This document shows, in pieces, positions 19,601 to 25,835 of a DNA stretch of 32,000 nt. Source of the DNA: Chlamydiales bacterium (lineage in GTDB: Bacteria > Chlamydiota > Chlamydiia > Chlamydiales > SM23-39); NCBI GenBank assembly GCA_965261025.1, contig OZ253438.1, positions 1,290,001 to 1,322,000 of the forward strand, read 5' to 3'. The position numbers and the translations under genes are program-made. Position 1 is the stretch's first letter. Each line of letters begins with the position of its first letter. The notes under the pieces were generated by a model. The model did not search any database. It worked only from the letters and a program-made list of their open reading frames with translations, and had not been told where the DNA came from.

Positions 19601-21055
19601 AACGTAAACAATAACGGAATCATAGCAGCAGGGAACTCCACTACTTTGGATATACAAGGAGATCTTTCTATGGAAACCGGAAGCTCTTTGAATGTAGTAG
19701 CAGCACCTGATAGTCCCACTCTTCTTGCAGTTACAGGAGAAACATCCATAGGTGATGATACTTCTTTAGTCATATCCTTAGCAGATGCAGATTATAACGC
19801 AGATACTTCTGTTCCCATTTTACAATCAGATGGGGGAATTATTGGTAAATTTAGTGAAGAACTCAATAATATGCCCCTTTTGGGTTTATCGGTTTTATAT
19901 TCACCTACATCTATGGCTTTAGCTTTTTCTCCTGAGGATTTTTCCTCCGTAGCAGAAGGAGAAGATGCAGTAGTATTGGCCAATTATCTAGATGAAATTC
20001 CTTCTAGTGAAATAAATAGTGACTTGCAGCGAGTTATTAATCAGTTATATTCTCTGCCAAGCAGTGCAGAACTGTCTTCTGCTTTGGATCAATTGCAGCC
20101 AGTACAGTTTAGTGGTTTTTCTCTGGCCCAAGAGGAAATTTCTGTAGCTTTATCCCAAAATATTTTTCGTCGAATAGAAGAATTAGTAAACCAACGGGCA
20201 TGTGGACATTTTTGTTCAGGTAAAAGATTTCTTTGGGAAAATTTATTTTATGTGGGCTCTAAACAGAAGAAAGTCTCTGAACACGTTCCTTTCACCACAG
20301 ATACAGAAGGGGTAATTCTTGGAGGAAATGGAACTATTTCGGAGGAGATCATCTTAGGACTTGGCTCTGCTTTTTCTAATACGAATATCGCTTGGAAAGA
20401 AGATAGAGGTAAAGGACAAACTTTGACCGGATATTTATTTATTTATGGGACAGGGTCTTTTTCTCCTGGCTTTATTCGGTGGAATTTTATGGGTGAGTTG
20501 AGTCATTTTCAGGCAAGGAGACGTATTCAGTTTGCTACTATTCACCGTCAAGCAAATCATTCTAATAACGGTCATGGATTTTCTGGATATATAGACTTTG
20601 GCATCTTGGGAAGAAAACACAGAGCTTTTGCAGTGAACCCTTTTGCTAGTATCAATTCTGCCTGGTTTTGGGAAAATTCATACCAAGAAGAGGAGGCAGA
20701 AAGTATAAGTTTATCGGTTCGCAAAAGGAGATTAAATCTTTGGAGATTTGAGGTGGGTTTAGAGCTCTCCGGCTGTTTTGAAACAAAAAAGGCTACTATT
20801 TCTCCGAACTGTAAAGTATTTTGTGCTAAAGAAGTAAGAACTCTTGGAAAAACCTTTACGGCTAGATTTACTTCCGTAGAGCCCTCTTTTAGGGTAACTG
20901 GATTTAATCCCAACAGAGATTATCTCGGTTTTGAGACATATCTAGACGCGTGTTTATTAGATAAATTATTATCGATTCGTTTAGGAGTAAATGGTCAGTT
21001 TGCTAAAAAATACCAACAATATGGTGGAGAACTAAACATAGGACATCATTTTTAA
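13520..21055 (+). CDS. Giant autotransporter adhesin (2511 aa): signal peptide, beta-helix cap, Gly-rich region, PATR-type repeat array, C-terminal beta-barrel
   Basis: Signal peptide MPLQSKSYLRFGCVFLGLFYVFSFPVHA|TD. N-terminal VTNTNDSGAGSLRNAI cap motif. GGAIFV/GGAIFI motifs plus FSSN. Dozens of G.G.L.LSG.N.Y.GGT.I..G.L repeats. ALDQLQP linker. The C-terminal ~290 aa have alternating beta-strand character and end in ...NIGHHF (terminal Phe). Confidence 0.9.
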   Translation: MPLQSKSYLRFGCVFLGLFYVFSFPVHATDFTVTNTNDSGAGSLRNAIDSANSASGGSHQVLFQVDLSGTITLQSSLPTITTKIITIAGPSSGSIIIDGDSTHQGFFIEADVVVAISNLSLQNMRAKGGNGGPGRSGGGGALGAGGAIFVESGADVSISSVAFGSCSAVGGDGGTANTGIRFSGGGGGGGMRNAPGGDVTQSLVSNIGGGGGGGLEGSGGNAQSGGSGGGGKSNRGGDCLSLALITDVGGGGGGGSGENPGETGDIIPGGNGGDGFESSSGGQGGTTAGQDGALGTSGGGGGGGASNIVGASGSGGSGSTPGGGGGGAGTTLLSTGSTTSGTGGGGGKYGGGGGGGGALTSISASVTAGSGGNGGYGSGGGGGGGALVAAGIGSATGGSGGNSTFGGGGGGGGIGFGVTSGGNGGFGGGGGGSGGSTGLGGTAGFGGGNGGNSSNRGGGAGAGLGGAIFIEGSGLVTFSGSGTLFSSNSTTAGTGSDGGADGTASGDDLFIQSGAEIVFAVTDTVTIGSDIASNQSSGGSFSKSNTGTLNLTGNNTFTGNISVSGGTLSIISDNALGVSTNAVSISSGAVLNLSSDMSSSRALTLGSGGGVLNISPSFTTTWSGNISESAVAGFTKDGTGILTLSGTNTYSGGTNINAGTLRIANDNLLGSVGGGVTFGGGTLHTTATLSTGRSIALSGNGTFEVDTSTSLTCSGAISGSGLLTKLGSGNLILTGSNSYTGGNVVSAGVLQGDTTNILGDIANAGSVVFDQGSTGTFSGDISGAGSVTKQGAGTLILSGSNSYSGGTTISAGALQGDTTSLTGNITNSGSLVFDQESLGTFSGDISGTGSVRKQGTGMLIFSGSNSYSGGFTISEGALQGDTTSLTGNITTSGSLVFDQGSTGTFSGDISGTGSLTKQGTGVLILSGTNSYSGGTNINAGTLCIANDSLLGDIGGGITFGGGNLNTTATLSTGRSIALSGNGTFEVDTSTSLTCSGAISGSGLLTKLGSGNLILTGSNSYTGGNVVSAGVLQGDTGSILGNIANTGSVIFNQGTTGAFSGDISGTGSITKQGAGTLILSGSNSYSGGTTISAGALQGDTTSLTGNITNSSSLVFDQESLGTFSGDISGTGSVTKQGAGTLILSGSNSYSGGTTISVGALQGNTTSLTGDITNNSSLVFNQISTGTFLGDISGTGSVTKRGTGVLILSGTNTYSGGTNINAGTLRIANDSLLGSGEGGVTFGGGNLNTTDTFSTARNIALSGNGAFEVDASTSLTCSGDIGGSGSLTKLGSGNLILTGSNSYTGGNIVSAGILQGDAGSISGNIANAGSIVFNQESLGTFSGDISGIGSVTKQGAGTLILSGSNSYSAGTTISAGTLQGDTTSLTGDITDNASLVFTQSSTGTFLGDISGTGSVTKQGAGTLILSGSNSYSAGTTISAGALQGNTASLVGNITNNSSLIFDQGTTGTFSGDISGTGSVTKQGTGVLILSGTNTYSGGTNINAGVLRIANDNLLGDIGGGVTFGGGTLHTTATLSTGRSIALSGNGTFEVNTSTSLTCSGAISGSGLLTKLGSGNLILTGSNSYTGGNVVSAGVLQGDTNSILGDIANAGSVVFDQGSSGTFSGDISGTGSVTKQGAGTLILSGSNSYSAGTTISAGALQGNANSIVGNITNNSSLIFDQGTTGTFSGNISGTGSVTKQGVGTLTFSGSNSYSGGTTISGGALQGNTGTIAGNITNNSSLIFDQGSNGTFSGDISGTGSVTKQGAGTLILSGSNSYSGGTTISGGALQGNTGTIAGNITNNSSLIFDQGTTGTFSGDISGTGSVTKQGAGRLILGGSSSYTGGTSLNAGILQVFSGSALGNSIGEIDFAGGSLNTTGTFTLPHNVSLSSEGIFEVDTSTTLTCSGVISGNGSLTKLGNGSLVLTGSNTYLGGASVSQGVLEGNTTSLFGNTVNNAVLRFNQNFSGSYGGIVTGTGTLVKTGSGKSIFSGNLTQNLFSVEAGTMTVNGQVTGPVQIASSAVLEGNGRIVGNVNNNGIIAAGNSTTLDIQGDLSMETGSSLNVVAAPDSPTLLAVTGETSIGDDTSLVISLADADYNADTSVPILQSDGGIIGKFSEELNNMPLLGLSVLYSPTSMALAFSPEDFSSVAEGEDAVVLANYLDEIPSSEINSDLQRVINQLYSLPSSAELSSALDQLQPVQFSGFSLAQEEISVALSQNIFRRIEELVNQRACGHFCSGKRFLWENLFYVGSKQKKVSEHVPFTTDTEGVILGGNGTISEEIILGLGSAFSNTNIAWKEDRGKGQTLTGYLFIYGTGSFSPGFIRWNFMGELSHFQARRRIQFATIHRQANHSNNGHGFSGYIDFGILGRKHRAFAVNPFASINSAWFWENSYQEEEAESISLSVRKRRLNLWRFEVGLELSGCFETKKATISPNCKVFCAKEVRTLGKTFTARFTSVEPSFRVTGFNPNRDYLGFETYLDACLLDKLLSIRLGVNGQFAKKYQQYGGELNIGHHF
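13900..14920 (+). repeat. Low-complexity GGN-codon (poly-Gly/PGRS-like) region within the autotransporter
   Basis: About 340 codons dominated by Gly runs (GGGGGGG, GGNGG, GGSGG) separated by short variable segments. Includes (GGA)7 at 14069-14089. Bounded by the two GGAIF(V/I) motifs. Boundaries are approximate. Confidence 0.9.
15140..19550 (+). repeat. Array of ~32-aa autotransporter-associated beta-strand (PATR-like) repeats organised as 192-nt (64-aa) double units
   Basis: 192-nt spacing measured twice: 15872 vs 16064 (GSVTKQG / GSVRKQG) and 18651 vs 18843 (gcggaggaac). Consensus is G(T/A)G.LILSGSNSYSGGTTISAGALQG......G.I.N..SL.F.Q...GTFSGDISG. Outer boundaries are approximate. Confidence 0.85.
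15431..18802 (+). repeat. Four tandem in-frame copies of an 843-nt (281-aa) super-repeat
   Basis: The string ggaggaaccaatatcaatgc recurs at 15473, 16316, 17159 and 18002, exactly 843 nt apart. ggaacag unit starts lie at 15431 and 16274. Confidence 0.93.
20000..21052 (+). other. Linker plus autotransporter beta-barrel translocator domain (approximate)
   Basis: SAELSSALDQLQPVQFSGFSLAQEE helix/linker motif, then amphipathic strand-like segments. C-terminal ...GGELNIGHHF ends in an aromatic residue, typical of BAM substrates. Confidence 0.75.
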
Positions 21056-21059
21056 GATT

Positions 21060-22328
21060 TTAAAAAGCTTTTTTAGTCGTTTGAAGTATGTACAGACCCA
21101 GAAAAAGAAATAAAGCGGAAATAGGATAAAATGTATAGATACTGATAGCTCCTGTAAGGGCTCCTAAAATAGGAACTAAGAAAAGCCCTAAGGAGAACAT
21201 GGATTGCGCTATACCCATGGCTTTTCCTTGTACATTAGCAGCAGAGGAAATGGAGATTAAATTAAACGTGGAGCTTAAAGAAACAGCTCCCACAATGGCT
21301 GAGATGGCATAGGTAAAAATAAAAGAGGAAAAATTAGGCATGAAAGCCGCAGCCGTAAGTAATAGGGCGGTTAACAAGTAGGAGAGCTTTGCAATGGACC
21401 AAGTATTCATAAGCCTTAATAAAATAGGATTGACTAAAGAGCCTCCTAAAGCCCATCCAGTTCCTTGAATCATTAGTCCTAAAGTGCTGGTTTTTTGAGA
21501 AATCCCAAAATGTTTTATTACATAGGCTCCATACCAGGTAATAGAGTACCCCCAACCAAGAGTCCATAGCAAAAGCAGGAAAAAGAAGCGTCTCGTATCC
21601 CGCATACGAAGGGCTTCAATAATGTTATGTATTCCCTTGGAAAGATCAATTTTTGTTTTCCCCTCTGCCCTTTGGTAGGTTTCTGAAAAAAAGACTGCTA
21701 AACTAACAAGACTTAACGTAGTAAGAATCCCCGCCACGTAAAAAGGTAAGGAAGGATTGAACCACTTAGAAAGAGAAGGGTCAGAGAGAAATCCTCCTAG
21801 TATTAGAGCAATAGGAAAGCTGACTCCCCATACCACAGTCAAAATGCCGTAATTTCTAGCTCTTTGTTTTTCATTAGGGCTCAAATCAGCAATAGAGGCG
21901 TTACAAAGCCCTTGATTGCCTGAAAACAGACCCGTCAGAAATCGAGCAACGAAAAGCAGGAAAATGCTTTTAACCATCAAAACAAGCCCTGTGAGGAAGT
22001 AGGCTCCGATTACTAAGATAATAGAAACAAAAAAAATCTTTTTTCTCCCATAGCGGTCTGCTAACTCCCCCATGATGGGTGCGCCTATCAATTGCGCTAT
22101 GGGAAAGGCCGCATAGAGAGTGCCTATAGCAAGAAGTTTTGTTGTCAAACTAGGATCTTGTCGTAAAAATCCATAATCTGGATTAAGCAATAAAGAGGGA
22201 AAAAGAACAAAGACCATGGCATAACCACAATTGTCAACAGCTGCAATAAAATAGACAGTAAACAAAGATTTTATTCGGGAGACAGATTTCATTTCTCTTG
22301 TATAGCAAAGGAATGAATAAAAAGTCAA
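21060..22328 (-). CDS. MFS transporter (DHA1/drug:H+ antiporter-like)
   Basis: Twelve-TM-like hydrophobicity. MFS motif A GELADRYGRKK between TM2 and TM3. The ORF-track start at 22328 is TTG; the ATG at 22292 (MKSVSRIKS...) is the more likely start. Confidence 0.85.
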   Translation of the reverse strand: MTFYSFLCYTREMKSVSRIKSLFTVYFIAAVDNCGYAMVFVLFPSLLLNPDYGFLRQDPSLTTKLLAIGTLYAAFPIAQLIGAPIMGELADRYGRKKIFFVSIILVIGAYFLTGLVLMVKSIFLLFVARFLTGLFSGNQGLCNASIADLSPNEKQRARNYGILTVVWGVSFPIALILGGFLSDPSLSKWFNPSLPFYVAGILTTLSLVSLAVFFSETYQRAEGKTKIDLSKGIHNIIEALRMRDTRRFFFLLLLWTLGWGYSITWYGAYVIKHFGISQKTSTLGLMIQGTGWALGGSLVNPILLRLMNTWSIAKLSYLLTALLLTAAAFMPNFSSFIFTYAISAIVGAVSLSSTFNLISISSAANVQGKAMGIAQSMFSLGLFLVPILGALTGAISIYTFYPISALFLFLGLYILQTTKKAF

Positions 22329-22341
22329 AAAAGCGTTTTTT

Positions 22342-23757
22342 TTAACAGATAGTCTTATTATCTCGAACTGCTTTCTTAAAAGAGTTTCCTAAGAAAAGAG
22401 CCACAATGAACCATAGAACCAAAAGAGGGGCACATAAAATAAGACTTAAGGTTAAATAATAAGATCTACCTACAAGCATACCAAAAGTGTTTTGTAGAGG
22501 ACTTAAAGACATATTGAAGATAGAGCCTGCCTGCTTGGAAGATCGGGATCCAAAAGTTTCTATCCAGGCTTGTGCTTTAAATTTTACGTCTGGAGTAGTC
22601 GGGATGTAGAGCTGCTTTAAGGCAGGGCCGTTTAAAGCATAGTTGATTGCCTTAGACCCAACCATCAAACCAAAAAGGAAAGAAAGAGAATCCAAGGTCA
22701 CAAAACCAAAAAGCGCAAAACCTACAATAATAGGCATTAAGGATAAAGCCGTTTTTATACCTAGAAAACGGGTAATATTACTAATCCCTAAAAGCAGACA
22801 CGACAAAGATATGACATTTACAATAGACCCGTAAATGCTTAGGTAATTGCTCAAGGCAACTCCTGAATAGACCGATCCAGCAGCTAGTTTAAAATTAAAA
22901 TCGAATATAGTAACTGCCACTTCATAAATAAAATTGGAAGCAAAAATACACAAAAGATATCGATTCTTTACAAGAAGTTTTAATCCTTCCAAAAAACCGG
23001 GTTCTTGTTTTTTTTCTACTGTTTTTTCATTCCCTCCATGGAAGGCCTGAAGAAGATCTTTAGGAGTTTTTTTTAAAAAGTAGCGGATCATAGGGATAAT
23101 ACAAAGAATGAAAAGGCCCAGGAGAAATATAGAAAGAGAGTCGGTAAGTAGTTTCAATCTGTGAGGGAGCCCCCCTATTCCATAAGGGAAAAGAATGCCT
23201 CCTATTTGTCCAATAGCTACCACCAAGGGAAATCCTCTTTTTGCATGGGAGGGTTCTGTAGTATCCGCTGCAAAAGCCCAAAATAAAGCTACCATCAAAG
23301 AACCAAAGCTTTCCACAAAGAGATACCAAAAATAGCCAATCGCTTGCGTACTCAAAGATCCTAAAAAAGATCCTCTAGCAAGCTGTTCAGAAGAAGCTTG
23401 GAGGAAAAACATTAAAAGACTCATCAGTAAAATGGCAATGCCATAAAAACAAGGTAAGATAATAAGCATCTTCTCTCTGGAAGTTTTTTCTATGAGTTTA
23501 GTGTAAAACATAACCAGAGGTAGAAGAGCTATAACGGAAATAGTTTTAGCAAAGGGGAGTTGGTATTTACCCACGAGATGTATAAAAATAGAGTCCTTCA
23601 AAGGGCGAAGAGTCCAGTAAGCCCCTATGATCAGAGCAAAAATGAGGCCCATTCTTAGAAATTTCTTAAACTCTTCTCTCTCAAAGGTTCCAAAATTAAA
23701 ACGGCAAACCCATTGAAAAAAATCCAGAAGACCTTTTTTTTGTTTCACGAAAACCAT
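22342..23757 (-). CDS. Nucleotide transporter of the NTT/TLC (ATP:ADP antiporter, Npt) family
   Basis: Colinear with recalled chlamydial Npt1: [12 protein letters not shown] vs [53 protein letters not shown] vs [80 protein letters not shown] vs [41 protein letters not shown]. Substrate is unknown. Confidence 0.85.
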   Translation of the reverse strand: [471 protein letters not shown]

Positions 23758-23778
23758 TCCTTTTATTGAATTAAGTCA

Positions 23779-23798
23779 GTTTTTTTAATTAAAAAAAC
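23779..23798. promoter_or_regulatory. Perfect 20-nt A/T palindrome between the GT90 gene stop and the NTT gene start
   Basis: gtttttttaattaaaaaaac is self-complementary over its full length. It could be a weak terminator or an operator; function is unknown. Confidence 0.3.
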
Positions 23799-23865
23799 AT
23801 CTTTTTATAATTAAACAACTAACTTATTTTAGAAATAGTTTTCAAGTTAAAATAAAATTAAACAG

Positions 23866-25047
23866 TCATTTTTGAATCTTTTTAGGGTTTTTCTTAAGTC
23901 TTTCTAGTTTTTTTTGTAGTTTAGACTCTCTCTTTTCTGTCTTGACCCGGATCTCTCCTGGAGGAAGAGTAGGGGTAAATTTTTGTAAAGAGGCATATTT
24001 TTTTAAGACTTTGTAACAATAAAGGCAGCAGTGTTCAGGCAAAAGACTCTCCTGAGCAAGCTTCCTTCCCTGCATAGCAATTTTTTTTGCTTCTGCATCA
24101 TTTTGTTTGCACCATTCGATTTTTTCTATGAGATCACTTAGATCCTCCTCTATAGGGACATAGTGAACCCAGGGCTTTAGAGGATAAAAGTACCACATTT
24201 TATTTTTAGATTTCTGCTTTAAAACAGTACAATTAGACAAAAGCCTCCACTGAAGACCTGGGTATGTGGCAGTATGCCCGTCTACATTCACTTGATACTT
24301 AAATCTTAAGTGTTCCCTGACAGATAAAAAGGGCTTATGAGGATCAAATCCTGTGTTACGAATAATCCTTTGCACAGAAGTTTCAAGCCAATTAGTCCCT
24401 GCATTAAGGTGATGAGGATATACGCTAGATAAATAACATAACTTTCCTCTAGGGGTTTCAAAAAATCCCCTTGGAGAGTAGTCATACTGGTAGCCTTGAA
24501 GGCCTCCCCGCCATATAGCAGTAGGAATTTTGCTTTCCCAAGGAAGCTCTTTACTGGTCTGCTCCACTAAGATAGAGTTGTAAGTCCAGTCATAGGCTTC
24601 GGAGCAGTGCTCCGGATCTGTCCGAGTAGGGTCAAAGTTCCAATCTGCAAAATAGATGACATGGGTAAAATCTTCGTGTTTCGTGCTGGCTAATACGGGT
24701 CCATCTACAGTAGGGGGATTTCTTTCTCCTCTGGGGCCTCGAACAAAACCATCTTCCACCAAATAAAGAAACTCCACATCGGGTATCGTGTATTTTCGGC
24801 AAAGAACTGACAAAAGGTTATGAGTTTTTCCTGAGGGTCCATAGACTTTATTATCAATGATCTTAAAGCGAACATAACGGTGCCATTGGGGAGAGGCTTT
24901 CTCTATCATCTCCAGAGTAATCCCAGAAGAAAAGGGGGAGAAATCTTTTTCGATTGCCTCGTCCATCCAATCGTTAGGGCCGGCCCAGGACAAAGAGCAG
25001 AAAAAAAGAAAGAAAGAAAAAAAACAGCGCTTCATGAAAAACCTCAA
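23866..25047 (-). CDS. GT90/CAP10-domain glycosyltransferase, POGLUT1 (Rumi)-like protein O-glucosyltransferase homologue with an N-terminal signal peptide
   Basis: Colinear with recalled human POGLUT1 (392 aa): [17 protein letters not shown] vs [29 protein letters not shown] vs [34 protein letters not shown] vs [39 protein letters not shown] vs VKANDDVAQEIAERGSQ. The ORF-track start is TTG at 25047 (TTGA overlap with the upstream stop). The ATG at 25035 has gagg 6 nt upstream and gives [19 protein letters not shown]. Confidence 0.85.
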   Translation of the reverse strand: [393 protein letters not shown]

Positions 25048-25835
25048 GAATTTAATTTGTCATATAATTTATAGAAAACAGGCTTGCCTTTTCCTCCATT
25101 TCCATGGAAGATACTCGGATAAGTATTCGTTTCTTTTAGGCGAACTTCCCCTTTTTTTACTTTTAATTCCTTGAGATCTACATCAAATAGACTGCAAAAT
25201 ATCTCGCAGGAGGTATCCAGATAAATCAGGTCTGAGTGGTTTACATAATAAGTTTGATATAGAGCTTGATCACTGTGCATGCCAGGAAGAATTTCGGAGA
25301 TAACTTCTTCTAACATAGCCTTTAAAGCGCCTGCATACCCTATGAATCCTCCTGCATTCAAATACTTAAAAGAAGTACGGGCCTTTTGAAAGTAGGGTTT
25401 TAAATGGGTTTGGGGATAGCAATTTCTTTCTGTGGAGAAGACAATAGGAGCTTTCTTTTCCAAGAATTTCTCAACAATCTTTTTCTGTCCTGCACAAAAA
25501 AAGACATCACAGGCATCCACGCAGACAACAATATCTTCGTCAGGAAGAGTCTTGATAAATTCATAAAACCAAATCGGTTTGGTAACATTTCCTCCCCAAG
25601 AAGTAGCTTCCTTTCCTATGTGGGTAAGGGAGATTCCGTGTTTTTCAGCAGAGTCAAAAAGACGAGACATGTAGGTATAAGGATCTTTACCGGGATAACA
25701 TCCTACAGTGCAGAAGTGAGCTTTTCCCTTTTTTTCTTTCCAGATATTCTTCTGTCTTATCAAGGAGGTATTATTGTGCGCAAAGAGAGAGGGGAAAAAA
25801 AACCCTAAAATAAGAACAAAACGGTACCATTTCAT
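25044..25835 (-). CDS. Lysyl hydroxylase 3 (PLOD)-type N-terminal glycosyltransferase-domain homologue, signal-anchored, with no hydroxylase domain
   Basis: Matches to the recalled LH3 GT domain: DEDIVVCVDACDVFF vs REDMIIMFVDSYDVIL (DxxD conserved); IVFSTERNCYPQ vs LLFSAESFCWPE; FKYLNAGGFIGYAG vs KRFLNSGGFIGFAT; SDQALYQTYY vs DDQLFYTRLY; YPSIFHGNGG vs LPIVVHGNG. The ATG at 25835 forms an ATGA overlap with the upstream stop, with ggggga SD-like sequence upstream. The ORF track begins at TTG 25850. N-terminus MKWYRFVLILGFFFPSLFA. Confidence 0.8.
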   Translation of the reverse strand: MKWYRFVLILGFFFPSLFAHNNTSLIRQKNIWKEKKGKAHFCTVGCYPGKDPYTYMSRLFDSAEKHGISLTHIGKEATSWGGNVTKPIWFYEFIKTLPDEDIVVCVDACDVFFCAGQKKIVEKFLEKKAPIVFSTERNCYPQTHLKPYFQKARTSFKYLNAGGFIGYAGALKAMLEEVISEILPGMHSDQALYQTYYVNHSDLIYLDTSCEIFCSLFDVDLKELKVKKGEVRLKETNTYPSIFHGNGGKGKPVFYKLYDKLNS

